Positions 28,747-39,392 are shown, counted from the first letter of the stretch. The stretch is DNA of 64,000 nucleotides from Candidatus Shapirobacteria bacterium (GCA_041666965.1 JBAYFX010000002.1:8417-72416); one strand, 5' to 3'. Program-made: numbers and translations. The notes: generated by a model from the letters alone, not told the origin.

Positions 28747-29541
28747 TTAACGCCCTTGTAAACACTTAATCACATCCAGGCTGTTAACTACTCCGTTCCC
28801 ATCAAAATCCGTCCCATTGCTACATTCGGCTTTAACCGTTCCCGCCGGTGTTACTGTTATCGTTGTAAGAGGAATCACTGGCGTTGTTGCCGATACTGTT
28901 GTTGGTAATGCTGTTCCCGCTCGAGTTTTAAAGCAGGTAATAATGTCTATTGAGTTAGTAACTCCATCATGATTATAATCAACATCACTTTCACAACCCG
29001 CCTTAACTACCGGTGGGGTAACTGTCAGCATGTTTGTTGGCATAGGTTGAACTACTGGAGCTGTCGGTAATATTTCTTCTCGGTTCTCCCCTCCTCCTAT
29101 TGGTCTTTCTATCCCACTGCCAACTTTTGTGTTAAACGAAAAAGGAATTCCGGCGTTATCAAACACTTCCCACTCACTTTTCTTGGCTTCATCCTCCCCC
29201 GCTCGTATTCTAAAATAATAGTTTATATTCACTTTTAACGGGGTCAATACCACTGAATGAGATAGTGACCCGCTGGCTCCATCAATCTCACTTCTTAATA
29301 ACAAACTGGCTGGCGTCGTCCCATATTCCACGTATCCCCGGCTTTCTTTGGTTGTTTTCCAACTTATCGTCACACTTCTACCATCGGCCGTTACATTACT
29401 AGTTACCTCACTTGGTTGAAAATCAGCCGTTGCCCCAGACATATAAGTTTTTACAGTATCCATACCCAAAATTCCTAAAATCACCACCATTCCCATAATT
29501 ACCACCAGTATTACAGTCTTTATTTTAGAAGCTCCCCTCAT
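28747..29541 (-). CDS. Surface protein: FN3/PAP-like domain plus two dockerin-like Ca-loop repeats
   Basis: VTISWKT..YVEYG..HSV..YYFRI; DYNHDGVTNSID and DFDGNGVVNSLD. Confidence 0.8.
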   Translation of the reverse strand: MRGASKIKTVILVVIMGMVVILGILGMDTVKTYMSGATADFQPSEVTSNVTADGRSVTISWKTTKESRGYVEYGTTPASLLLRSEIDGASGSLSHSVVLTPLKVNINYYFRIRAGEDEAKKSEWEVFDNAGIPFSFNTKVGSGIERPIGGGENREEILPTAPVVQPMPTNMLTVTPPVVKAGCESDVDYNHDGVTNSIDIITCFKTRAGTALPTTVSATTPVIPLTTITVTPAGTVKAECSNGTDFDGNGVVNSLDVIKCLQGR

Positions 29542-29542
29542 T

Positions 29543-30220
29543 TTATTTAAGTCCGATTATATATTTCCCCAAGGTTAACACCGCCAGTCCTAAAACACTT
29601 AGTATGACTGTATTTTCTGCCCCTCCTGTTCTTGGTAATTCACTACTAGGTGTTGGTGTCGGCGTCGAGCTTGTAGTTGTTGTCGTCTCACCGCTTCCGG
29701 CTGTTATTTCATACGACCCGCTTTGATTAGCGGCGCAACTTACAATGTCTACTGCCTCACTACTAATGATGTTCGATTCCTTAACCGAGTCCGCCAAGCA
29801 ATTAAAATTTACCGCCGCAGTTCCGGTGGTCTTACCTTTAAAAGTAATCGTAAATAAATCCCCTTTAGCCGCCACCCCTGCCAAAGCACTGGGGTCACTT
29901 GGAGGTAAAGTTATCTCTATTTTTCCGGTATCGTTATGAATTAATGGAACAAAATTGTTACTGTCATACACGAAACCCGGGTTAGATATTGGCTCTACAG
30001 ACACCGCTTCTAATTTAGTCGCATTAAAATCAATTACTACATCAGCACTAATAATAGGCACTGAATCTGAGTCTACCCCCACCGTTACCTTAAAAGTGCC
30101 CCCCACAGGCGTGCTCCCAGTAGTTGGCGATAAAGTAAAATTAGCCACGGCCCCAACAGCCCCTACGCTGCCCGCGCCAATTAGCGCCATTAAAACTAAA
30201 ATATTTAATACTTTTTTCAT
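29543..30220 (-). CDS. Cohesin-domain protein with LPxTG-like anchor
   Basis: Signal peptide; VGGTFKVTV..DVVIDFNATKLE..GDLFTITFK; ELPRTG followed by TM. Confidence 0.8.
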   Translation of the reverse strand: MKKVLNILVLMALIGAGSVGAVGAVANFTLSPTTGSTPVGGTFKVTVGVDSDSVPIISADVVIDFNATKLEAVSVEPISNPGFVYDSNNFVPLIHNDTGKIEITLPPSDPSALAGVAAKGDLFTITFKGKTTGTAAVNFNCLADSVKESNIISSEAVDIVSCAANQSGSYEITAGSGETTTTTSSTPTPTPSSELPRTGGAENTVILSVLGLAVLTLGKYIIGLK

Positions 30221-30852
30221 TACTTCAAAATGCTAACACTTAAGTCACCACTGTTAAAAGGTATCACCTTACTGGTTCCAGTTTCAACTAACATAGTTTC
30301 TGCCTCAGACTGGCCTTCACCCATAATTTTAAAACTAGTTTTACCACTTTCTAGTGGAGTAAAATAAATTCTTGCCAGTGCCACACTGCCCGCCGCTGTA
30401 AGTCGGTAACCGCTAGGTGAAGAAATTAGATAATTAACTAAAGCCACGTTTCCCTTTTTACTGATTTTGGCCACAATTGGCTTAGGCATCGAATTGTTAA
30501 TCTCAACTCTCTCCAGTGCCACTTTCTGGGTATCTACTTCAACATATACGCTTACCGCATCAAAACTCTTGCTCACAGTCGTACTCATCATCACATCCAC
30601 AAAACTCAATTGGTCTACAACTACACTAGCCTTTTCTGCCTCTAGTTTTATGGTTACATCCTCATTATTGGCAACTTTACTCACTTCTGGGACGTCTTTA
30701 TCGACCTCAATAATTTCAGGTTTATAACTTATTTGCCTTTGGGTTTTCTGACTCTCTAAACTATTTACCAAAACTACACTTTCTACCAAAACCAACACCG
30801 CAATAATTGGAATAATTATTTTTAGATATTTTTTGCTAATCATATTTGTCAT
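30220..30852 (-). CDS. Cohesin-like membrane-anchored protein
   Basis: N-terminal TM; VALARIYFTPLESG cohesin-type strand. Confidence 0.65.
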   Translation of the reverse strand: MTNMISKKYLKIIIPIIAVLVLVESVVLVNSLESQKTQRQISYKPEIIEVDKDVPEVSKVANNEDVTIKLEAEKASVVVDQLSFVDVMMSTTVSKSFDAVSVYVEVDTQKVALERVEINNSMPKPIVAKISKKGNVALVNYLISSPSGYRLTAAGSVALARIYFTPLESGKTSFKIMGEGQSEAETMLVETGTSKVIPFNSGDLSVSILK

Positions 30853-30858
30853 TACTTT

Positions 30859-32580
30859 TTAATATTGTTGGTCTTGCCTCTCTTTTAATGTTTGAGCTAG
30901 CAAACTTAAGTCAGCCGACGACATTTGACAATCCCCGTCCATATCGGTTACCAGGGCATTACTGTCCTTTGGTACCGAACTCCTGGCTAAAGCCGCCGTC
31001 TTAACCACCGAATAATCAAGTCCATTACAAACACCGTCCGGACCCGATGAGTTCTTACCCACTACGTCGCAAGCCATATCCGGGTATGCGGTAAAGTCAT
31101 AAACCTGACTGGTTGTTGCCACAGTAGTTAAGCTAATTTCTCCCCCGGGTAAATTATAAAAGCTGTCCTGTTTATCCTTGGCGTACTTAACTTGTAAATG
31201 TCTTGGTCCTTTAATAAACACCGACAAACCGCTTGAACCGGTAAAGTCAGTCAAAGCCAACGAGCCTTTGTACACCCGTAGGTTACCGGCTACCAAACCG
31301 TCCGGAGTCGGAGTATGGTTATAAGTTTTCACCAAATCCCCCTTTCGAACCGTAATTACCACCGGCCAATTGGACGCACATTCATTATTGTTTTTTACAC
31401 CGGCGTAAGTAATCCGATAATTAAGTATTGGTGCGGCGGTTGTCTCAACTACGCATGATGTTCCCCCGGCCTCACACTCAGCCACGCTTAAATATTGGCC
31501 ACCGCTACTTTGACTACAAATATATTTACCAGTAGCTGTATTACATGTTTCTCGGTTGTATTTGGCTACAGCCACCTCACAGCCCGCATCCGCCTCACAA
31601 CCTTCCTTCGTGTTAAATGTCCCGTCAGCTACCTGAATACAAGTCCAAGCACCTGTGGCTGTGTTACATGAAGCCGCAGTTGTCCCGTGACCCCACTTGT
31701 TTATCTTCACACAGTTAGCATCGGCTGTTACACACTCCGCCTCAGTCGCAAAGTCAGCTCCACTGGCTACCAAATTACATGTATATTCTCCGACCTGAGT
31801 ATTACATCCGGTTCTGACATATCCTCCAACTTCAGACTCACAACCTTGGGTATTTTGACATTCCGCCTCAGTCGCAAATTCACCGTTGGCACTTTGCTCA
31901 CAAAACCATTTCCCAGTAGTTGTGTTACATCCTTCTGTCTTACTCCATTTGGTCACTCCTTGACTAAATGTCATTTCCACTCCGTTTACTACCCCGATTT
32001 CCAAATACAAATCAGTACTTCCTTCCACTGGGTTAAACCCTGTCACTTTCGACATATCCTTTACAATTTCAATATTTTCATTACCGCTGGCCAAGGCAGT
32101 AAACTCCACCACTCCCACCAACACCGTCCCCTCTCCCAATTGGGCTTTTGGTTTCTCGGATTTTATCTCAATATTGGCACATGTTTTACCCGCTTGTGCT
32201 CCCGCACCCTCTTCCAGTTGAGATACCATAATCATATTGAATTTGTCCCCTACCCGTACTTGCTCTGAAATATCTCCGGTTTCACTGGCCTCAATTGTCA
32301 CTTTGTTTCCAAAGCACATATATGTCTTAACATAATCCACCTTGGCCTTTTCCCCTTCCGCTCCCATGGCCTTAGTATCTACATATATTTGTATCGAAAA
32401 CTTATCACCAACACTTTTAGTAGTTGCTGAAGATACCAGTAACATATCCGTACCGGCAAAGGCAGCACTGCGTCTGTTGTCCTGGTTCCTGTTTACTAAA
32501 ACTAACGCAGCTACTAAGGCTATTGATAATAAAATCAATACCAAATAAGAGGTTGGGTTGGTTGTCGTTTTTTTTCTCAT
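30859..32580 (-). CDS. Surface protein: cohesin, four Cys-rich repeats, dockerin-like C-terminus
   Basis: VGDKFSIQIYVD; four CNT..G...C.....G.F.T..EC repeats; DGVCNGLDY and DMDGDCQMSSADL. Confidence 0.8.
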   Translation of the reverse strand: MRKKTTTNPTSYLVLILLSIALVAALVLVNRNQDNRRSAAFAGTDMLLVSSATTKSVGDKFSIQIYVDTKAMGAEGEKAKVDYVKTYMCFGNKVTIEASETGDISEQVRVGDKFNMIMVSQLEEGAGAQAGKTCANIEIKSEKPKAQLGEGTVLVGVVEFTALASGNENIEIVKDMSKVTGFNPVEGSTDLYLEIGVVNGVEMTFSQGVTKWSKTEGCNTTTGKWFCEQSANGEFATEAECQNTQGCESEVGGYVRTGCNTQVGEYTCNLVASGADFATEAECVTADANCVKINKWGHGTTAASCNTATGAWTCIQVADGTFNTKEGCEADAGCEVAVAKYNRETCNTATGKYICSQSSGGQYLSVAECEAGGTSCVVETTAAPILNYRITYAGVKNNNECASNWPVVITVRKGDLVKTYNHTPTPDGLVAGNLRVYKGSLALTDFTGSSGLSVFIKGPRHLQVKYAKDKQDSFYNLPGGEISLTTVATTSQVYDFTAYPDMACDVVGKNSSGPDGVCNGLDYSVVKTAALARSSVPKDSNALVTDMDGDCQMSSADLSLLAQTLKERQDQQY

Positions 32581-32584
32581 TTTA

Positions 32585-35500
32585 TTATTTGAAATCTAAA
32601 TAGAACCTTCTCCAATTTGAATAATCGGCCTGGTCTACTAAGTTATTACAGTCAAAGTCAGATTCCCACCGACTCCCAGTTTTAATCTTGTCCAAGTATT
32701 CTTTGCGCCAAATGGAATAATCGGCTTGGTCGGTAACTCCGTTACAATCAGCATCAGCCTTCGCCTTACCTTTAAAGGTCGGTTTTACTACTTGTCTGGT
32801 AGTACAAGCGCTGTCCGGTACTACTTTTTGAACTCCATCTTCAGTGTAATCATGTACATATCCCGTTTGCTCATATCCCAAAACAAACCATTTATAGTTT
32901 TCTCCGTTTTTGTAGCACCTAAACACGCTTGGGCAGTCGTAACATGCCGCCGCCGTCACTGTCAGGCTAGCCGCATCACTGGTTAAATTGTTACAGTTGC
33001 TGGCAGTTGACTGGCATTTAATAGTCACCACTCCTGTTTTTATTGGAACCCAGTCTGTCTTTTTATTAGTATTAAATTCTTCTTTGGTTCCATCAGAGTA
33101 TGTAGCTATTAGTTTGACGCTACTAGCTAATTGGCCACTGGTATTATACATACAACCAATGTTAACTGTTTCCCCATTAACTACTGTCATACTCGTCTTC
33201 CATGGGTCACTATCGTTTGCCTGAACTCGGCTCTGTAAGGAGCTGTAACTACAGTTGTTTCCTGGAGGATTAGTCGGTCCGCCACCCGGAGGACTTGTTG
33301 GGTTTTGAGTCGGAATTGTGGTTGGAATACTAGTTGGTATTGTGGTAGGTACGGTCGAAGGTCGGTTTGTTGGAACAATTGTATTAGTTGGGGTTGGAGT
33401 CACCAAATTTGGGTTATCTATACAACAAATCCCTGACTGTAATACTATTCCGGTCCCGTAAGTCGCACAGCTCTCTCTTGGAGTATTCTCCATCTTTCGA
33501 GCCGGACAAACAGTGCTTAAAGTACAGGTACCTTCACTACATGCTTTCGCTGTTGGTTGATCCGGAGCGCAACATATGCCGTCTACTAAAAATGATCCCT
33601 GACTGGCGTAAGTAGTACAACTTCCGGTATTTTTAAATCCATTCCCACAGCTCACTGCTCCGGTTCCATCTCCGTAAATACACCGGCTGCTGCTATCACT
33701 ACACCCTCTTGGCATCCCCGTTGTCGGGGTTACGGTAGTTCCTGGCTTTTTACAGTTGTTACTACATTGATTTACATCAGTGTACCGACCGGTTCCAGTC
33801 TCTTTACAAGTCCAGGTAGCATCATCGCACTCATAGTATTTTTTGGACACATCCTGATCACATTGACCATCACAGTACGCTTTATCAGTATAGGTTCCGC
33901 TACTGTTATTCGCTTCACAGTTCCCTGTCAGCTTGTTACAGGCGTACTTATTCGACACACATTCACTCCAATCTCCACAACTTGGTTTTGAAGCTATACC
34001 TAGAGTTTGACAAACTTTATATCCAGTCTGACCGGCAACTCCGATACTACACGACATTTCAGTCCCAACTGTACACGGACACACTTGGCCTGTAGGTGTA
34101 GGCACCACCCCTTGTGTCGGAGTGGGAGTCGGTTCTGCTAGAACCGGTTTACACATACATTTGTTGTATCCGTTTTCAATTTCAAACACTTGACAGGAAT
34201 TACCTTGAGCACATGGTCCCTGAGCTCCAATTGGTTGATTTGAGCAAGCTATATAAGATCCGTACCACATAGAAGCACAATTACCTTCCACTGGTACATC
34301 TGGCATTGAACCGCAATAACTTCGCTCAACTGTCTCTCCGTCTACCCGGGTATTATAAGACCCGTTACAACAATTATTACAGTTAGGTGACCCTCCGGTT
34401 CCATAACACCTCGTTCCATCTGCCATACAATTCGGATCAACGGTTGGCGTTGCTACCCCGCACCTATACTGATTGTCTATCATCGATGCCGGTTGGCAAC
34501 AATTTGCACAACTAGTGGCTCCGCTTCCACCATTTACACACCCTATTCCGGAACCCAAACAAGCCGCAGTTGTTGGTGTTGTAGCCACTACCCCGCACCT
34601 ATACTGATTGTCTATCATCGATGCCGGTTGGCAACAATTTCCACATCCAGTTGCCCCGCTACCACCGTTTACACATCCAATTCCAGATCCAAGACAAGCT
34701 GCAGTTGTTGGTGTTGGAGTAACACACAATCCATTTGAAGAATTACATCCCAAATTTCCACAACTTGTTTTCAATGTCCATTGGAATAATGCTCCAATTT
34801 GCATACACTGATAAGAATTTCCACTAACGCACTTTGTTTGATAAGTTTGAGTTTGCAAACAACCAGAACCTGGTGAAATCGCATTGGTTGGTGTTGCTGT
34901 TGGCGGAACCGGGGTTGGGGTTGGAGCTACACACACAGAACCATAAGCCGGGCATACTAATCCGCTACCACATGAGTGAAACACCCATTTTCCATCCTGA
35001 CACTGATTAAATCCGTCGTGCGTATTGGCACATTCAGTAGTGTTATTTGGTTTAGTGCCACATGGTTGTGGATAATGGGTAACCCAACACTTCAAACCAA
35101 CAGCACATGTTGCTGTTTTATCTTCAATAATTTCAGGTAAAGACGGGGCTGATGCTGAGCATACTCCCGTACATGTCGCACACGAAGTTGTGCTAGCACA
35201 CGAATTGGAAGGACAATTTGTAGTAGTCCAACCAGAAGCATCAAATTTACATGTACTAAGTACACCGTTGGCGCAGGTTATTTTATTAGGTGTACATTTC
35301 CAATTCTGAGTTGGTCCGGCGTTCATACATTGGCTAATACAACCGGTATATTCCAATCCTTCTAAACCAATACACACACTAGTACAATCTGGAGTTGGTG
35401 TCGCTTTTGGAGTTGAGGTAGCTGCCGGTCTGGTTGGTACCGGAGTGTTTGTCGGAGGAGCACATAAAGCATTATTATCTTTAGCGTCATCATGGTGCCA

Positions 35501-36088
35501 ACAGCCGTCATTTCCACAGTGTTCTTGAGTTGTACCATTACATCGTTTGTTATCGTCATTTATAGGTGAGCAACCCGTACAGGTTGGTCCTGTCCCGCCC
35601 CCACATACTCCCCCACTACACAACTTTCCATCCGCACACATTTCATTACTGGTACATCCCCCACCCGCTTTTACCTTACAAGACCCATTCTGCCACACTT
35701 CCCATGATTGGCACTGTGGTGTCGCTGTTGGTTGGGGTTTACTTGTCGGTTGAGGTCCGCTTGTTGGAGCCGCACAGCCGTTGGTACAACCCGCCGAATC
35801 ATGGCTACAACTACCTGAGGTAAAAGTTTCGCCGGTACCACTCGAGTTACATGTAGCTGTCACTTCCTTAGCCTTTCCGCAGCCGCAACACTCTCCAAAA
35901 GTTCTTTTAGCTCCAGGCGTACAAGTAGCCGCTCGGTTTTGGGTGTTTTGATTCTGTTGAACTAACTTGGTTGCTGCCGGAAGCGCTATGGCCATCAAAA
36001 GCAATCCCACCATTAATGGTATTTGGGCCAACCCCGCTTGATTAAACCAATTACCTTTACTTTTTGAATTGCGACAGTAATCTTTCAT
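32585..36088 (-). CDS. Large Cys-rich, PT-linker surface protein with C-terminal dockerin-like domain
   Basis: NQAGLAQIPL class-III-like signal, many Cys modules, DADCNGVTDQADYSIW / DFDCNNLVDQADYSNW. Confidence 0.85.
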   Translation of the reverse strand: MKDYCRNSKSKGNWFNQAGLAQIPLMVGLLLMAIALPAATKLVQQNQNTQNRAATCTPGAKRTFGECCGCGKAKEVTATCNSSGTGETFTSGSCSHDSAGCTNGCAAPTSGPQPTSKPQPTATPQCQSWEVWQNGSCKVKAGGGCTSNEMCADGKLCSGGVCGGGTGPTCTGCSPINDDNKRCNGTTQEHCGNDGCWHHDDAKDNNALCAPPTNTPVPTRPAATSTPKATPTPDCTSVCIGLEGLEYTGCISQCMNAGPTQNWKCTPNKITCANGVLSTCKFDASGWTTTNCPSNSCASTTSCATCTGVCSASAPSLPEIIEDKTATCAVGLKCWVTHYPQPCGTKPNNTTECANTHDGFNQCQDGKWVFHSCGSGLVCPAYGSVCVAPTPTPVPPTATPTNAISPGSGCLQTQTYQTKCVSGNSYQCMQIGALFQWTLKTSCGNLGCNSSNGLCVTPTPTTAACLGSGIGCVNGGSGATGCGNCCQPASMIDNQYRCGVVATTPTTAACLGSGIGCVNGGSGATSCANCCQPASMIDNQYRCGVATPTVDPNCMADGTRCYGTGGSPNCNNCCNGSYNTRVDGETVERSYCGSMPDVPVEGNCASMWYGSYIACSNQPIGAQGPCAQGNSCQVFEIENGYNKCMCKPVLAEPTPTPTQGVVPTPTGQVCPCTVGTEMSCSIGVAGQTGYKVCQTLGIASKPSCGDWSECVSNKYACNKLTGNCEANNSSGTYTDKAYCDGQCDQDVSKKYYECDDATWTCKETGTGRYTDVNQCSNNCKKPGTTVTPTTGMPRGCSDSSSRCIYGDGTGAVSCGNGFKNTGSCTTYASQGSFLVDGICCAPDQPTAKACSEGTCTLSTVCPARKMENTPRESCATYGTGIVLQSGICCIDNPNLVTPTPTNTIVPTNRPSTVPTTIPTSIPTTIPTQNPTSPPGGGPTNPPGNNCSYSSLQSRVQANDSDPWKTSMTVVNGETVNIGCMYNTSGQLASSVKLIATYSDGTKEEFNTNKKTDWVPIKTGVVTIKCQSTASNCNNLTSDAASLTVTAAACYDCPSVFRCYKNGENYKWFVLGYEQTGYVHDYTEDGVQKVVPDSACTTRQVVKPTFKGKAKADADCNGVTDQADYSIWRKEYLDKIKTGSRWESDFDCNNLVDQADYSNWRRFYLDFK
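34453..34715. repeat. Intragenic tandem duplication, 135-bp (45-aa) period
   Basis: CTACCCCGCACCTATACTGATTGTCTATCATCGATGCCGGTTGGCAAC at 34453 and 34588. Confidence 0.9.
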
Positions 36089-36183
36089 AATTATGATGAT
36101 TCAGTAAACCATTTCCCCCATACCCCGTCAATAACCTAAATATCCCAACGTCAATTTGTAATAACTTTTGCTACTATCTATAT

Positions 36184-37569
36184 ATGTCCGCATCCCGTAA
36201 CCGCCAGCTCGTTAAAACTGCGCTATTGCTAGCCGCCCTGCCCCTCACTGTCTTGGGGGTTAAAAAAATTATTGATATCCGTAAAAGCGCTGCCGGCACT
36301 CCCGCCAACATCAGTATTGAAGTCGACTCTTACACCGGCTCCCTTCCGACCCAACTCTGGCAAAATTTAGCCCAAGGTGGGGAAGAACCCGCCGACATGA
36401 TCGGCCCCGTCTGGCCTTTAGTCCGCGCTCTTAAACCCCAACTAATCCGTGTCGATCACCTTTTTGACTATTACAATGTCTATCAAGGACCCGACAATTT
36501 TGATTTTTCCCGCCTCGATAAAGTTGTCCAAAGTATCGTCTTAACTGGCGCCACTCCCCTTCTCTCTCTTTCCTACACTCCCTCATCCATGGCCAAAAAC
36601 AATCAGAATGCCGGCGAGCCTCAAGATTGGAACCAATGGTATCAAATGGTCAAAGCCACCGCCGATCGCTACTCCCACCAAAAAAACATAACTGGCATAT
36701 ATTACGAAGTTTGGAACGAACCCGACCTTTTTGGCGGCTGGCATTATTCCAAATCCCCTTCCTACAGTTTGCTCTATTCTCATACTGCCCGGGCAGTTAG
36801 AGATGGCGCCCAAGGTTCAAGCTTTAAAATCGGTGGTCCGGCCATAACTGCTTTTTACCCCAACTGGATTCGATCCCTTTTGGCCACTGCAAGTTCTCAA
36901 CGCCTGCCTCTCGATTTTATTTCTTGGCATCATTATTCCAAAGACCTCAGTGACTTTGAACAGGATATTGAAAAACTTGAGTCAATTCTAGTTGATTATC
37001 CTCAATACATTAACATTGAGCGATTAATTACCGAGGTAGGCCCAAATTCCGAGCCTGATCCTGACTATGACAATTTAGAGTCCGGAGTCCATTTTATTTC
37101 CCTAGTTACTCGTCTTATAGGCCGAGTTCACCGACTCTTTCCTTTTGAAATTGTTGACGGGCCAACAACTCGCTCCAATGTTTCCACCGGTTGGGGCATG
37201 ATCACCCATCCCCCAACTCCTCGCACCAAACCCCGCTATAACGCCATCCAGTTCCTAAACCGCCTCGTTGGTCAAAGGCTAACCGTAGCCGGTCAAGGTT
37301 CCTGGGTTACAGCCTTAGCTACCCGCCAGGGTTCAAGAATTCAAGTGCTTTTATCCAATTATGATTCCCGTTCCCAACATGTCGAAACTTTTCCTCTGGC
37401 TCTGGCTGGTGTCCAACCCGGTACTTGGAAAGTCGAATCATATACTTATCCCCGCTCCGGCATTGAACCGCGAGTAACAAGGGTTGAAGTCACCAGTTTC
37501 CGCTTCCAAAAAGAATACTATCTAGAGCCTAACACTAGTCTCCTTCTGGAATTCACGCCTCAGCCTTAA
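36184..37569 (+). CDS. Glycoside hydrolase, GH39-like, membrane-anchored
   Basis: YEVWNEPD (acid/base), KIGGP, LDFISWHHY, LITE (nucleophile). Confidence 0.85.
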   Translation: MSASRNRQLVKTALLLAALPLTVLGVKKIIDIRKSAAGTPANISIEVDSYTGSLPTQLWQNLAQGGEEPADMIGPVWPLVRALKPQLIRVDHLFDYYNVYQGPDNFDFSRLDKVVQSIVLTGATPLLSLSYTPSSMAKNNQNAGEPQDWNQWYQMVKATADRYSHQKNITGIYYEVWNEPDLFGGWHYSKSPSYSLLYSHTARAVRDGAQGSSFKIGGPAITAFYPNWIRSLLATASSQRLPLDFISWHHYSKDLSDFEQDIEKLESILVDYPQYINIERLITEVGPNSEPDPDYDNLESGVHFISLVTRLIGRVHRLFPFEIVDGPTTRSNVSTGWGMITHPPTPRTKPRYNAIQFLNRLVGQRLTVAGQGSWVTALATRQGSRIQVLLSNYDSRSQHVETFPLALAGVQPGTWKVESYTYPRSGIEPRVTRVEVTSFRFQKEYYLEPNTSLLLEFTPQP

Positions 37570-38636
37570 CTTCCGATTATCAGTCTTTTTACGTCCACCA
37601 AAGTAATTAAAAGTATTAGTCCCAACAACACCGCCATTCCCGCTCCATTTACCGCATTTTCAAACTTCTCGCTTGGTCTTTTCCGGGTTATGGCTTCGTA
37701 AATCACAAACAAAATTCTACCGCCGTCTAGTGCCGGAAAAGGCAAAATATTTACTACCGCCAAGTTAACTGACACAATTCCAAAAAAGTGGATCACTGCC
37801 AATATTCCTTGGTTTTGTCGGATACTTGTCGTTGCCTGAAACATTCCAATCGGTCCAGCTACATCCGAGGGAACCTTGCCCATTGCCAATCCCGCCACCA
37901 TTTTAAATACACCACCAGCTATCACCTTTCCCCAGTAGTAACCCTCTTTAAATCCGGCGCCAATTCCCTCATAAAACCTCCACCACGGTAATTTCACCAT
38001 TTCAATATTAGATACCGCTACCCCCATTGCTCCCTGCCCTTCCGGCGGGTTGGCCCGAACCTCAACTCTGACTGTTTTAACATCATTTGTACCCTTTGAT
38101 ATCACCCCCAGCTCCACTTCTCCTCCTTTATATTTACCCACCTCAGCTGTTAATTCCGAAGATGTTTTAATTAGTTTAGTTCCCACAAATTTAACCACAT
38201 CCCCCTCTTTTAATCCCGCCTCTTTGGCCGGTGACTTATCCACTATGGCAATTACCTTAACCACCTCTGTTTCTTTAGGAACTCCTGTTATAGCATAAAC
38301 CGCACTAAATATTACAACCGCCAATACCAGATTCATTAATACTCCTCCCACCACAATTAACGCTTTTTGGGCCGGGTTTTTGTGGGCAAACGAATATTGC
38401 TTTTCTTTTTGTTTAGTTTCCTGGGTATCTTCCCCATAAAGTTTACAAAATCCCCCAATTGGCAACCAGTTTAAGGACCACACGGTATCACCAATTTTCT
38501 TCCCCCACATTCGGGGTGGTAAACCCAAACCAAATTCCTCCACTCTCACTCCGGTCTTTTTGGCAGCCAAAAAATGCCCCAATTCGTGAACCATAACCAA
38601 AATTGACAAAGCGATTAAAAAAATTACTACATCCAT
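37566..38636 (-). CDS. rseP: RIP metalloprotease RseP
   Basis: HELGH, PIGGF, PDZ, NILPFPALDGG. Confidence 0.95.
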   Translation of the reverse strand: MDVVIFLIALSILVMVHELGHFLAAKKTGVRVEEFGLGLPPRMWGKKIGDTVWSLNWLPIGGFCKLYGEDTQETKQKEKQYSFAHKNPAQKALIVVGGVLMNLVLAVVIFSAVYAITGVPKETEVVKVIAIVDKSPAKEAGLKEGDVVKFVGTKLIKTSSELTAEVGKYKGGEVELGVISKGTNDVKTVRVEVRANPPEGQGAMGVAVSNIEMVKLPWWRFYEGIGAGFKEGYYWGKVIAGGVFKMVAGLAMGKVPSDVAGPIGMFQATTSIRQNQGILAVIHFFGIVSVNLAVVNILPFPALDGGRILFVIYEAITRKRPSEKFENAVNGAGMAVLLGLILLITLVDVKRLIIGS

Positions 38637-38650
38637 GAGAATATTATACT

Positions 38651-39202
38651 TTATCCTCTAATTTCTTTCTCTTTTAAAGCGGCAATTGCCTCCACTTTCG
38701 CCACATACTCATCGGTTAACTTTTGTAACTCAATTTCGTTTCGTTTAAATTCATCCTCACCAATAGTTTTATCCTGTTTTTCGTCCATTAATTTTCGGCG
38801 AACGTCGGCACGAATATCCCTAATAATTCCCCTAATTCCTTCCAATTTTCGCCCCAATAGTTTCACGAAATCTTCCCTTTGTTCTCCGGTTAATGCCGGC
38901 AGACTCATTCGAATTAATTCTCCGTCAACTGTGGGTGACATACCAATATTAGCCGCCGTTATACCGTTGGCAATTTCTCTGATAGCCCCCTGGTCCCACG
39001 GAGTAAAAGTCAGCATTCGCACGTCCGGTACCCCAATAGACCCTAGTTCCATCAGTCTCATTTTCTGCCCGCCATATACCGACACCATCACATTTTCAAT
39101 CAACGCCGGCGTCGCCCTTCCAGTCCTAATCGAGCCAATATCGCCAACAAACAAGGCTACTGACCTCTCCATTTTCGCTTTTATCTCAGATGTGTTTAGC
39201 AT
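38651..39202 (-). CDS. frr: Ribosome recycling factor
   Basis: IRTGRA, PWD, PALTGEQR, LQKLTD; start moved to MLNT. Confidence 0.96.
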   Translation of the reverse strand: MLNTSEIKAKMERSVALFVGDIGSIRTGRATPALIENVMVSVYGGQKMRLMELGSIGVPDVRMLTFTPWDQGAIREIANGITAANIGMSPTVDGELIRMSLPALTGEQREDFVKLLGRKLEGIRGIIRDIRADVRRKLMDEKQDKTIGEDEFKRNEIELQKLTDEYVAKVEAIAALKEKEIRG

Positions 39203-39289
39203 ACTTACAATATTACAGGTATTACTCTGCCTTCTCAATCCCGTACTTACCCCGCCGACTCAGTCGTAAAAGTACAAATCTTAACGAAC

Positions 39290-39378
39290 GAGGCAAACTA
39301 ATTTTTTGGGCGCGCAGCGATACCGGTAAACGCGAAGCACTTTAACCGGCAAGTTCGAGCACCCAAAAAACGGTTGCC
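39290..39378. repeat. Palindromic repeat family B, copy 1 (tsf-frr intergenic)
   Basis: GAGGCAAACTAATTTTTTGGGCGCGCAGCGATACC...AAGTTCGAGCACCCAAAAAACGGTTGCC. Confidence 0.9.
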
Positions 39379-39392
39379 AAGTTCAATCTTTT

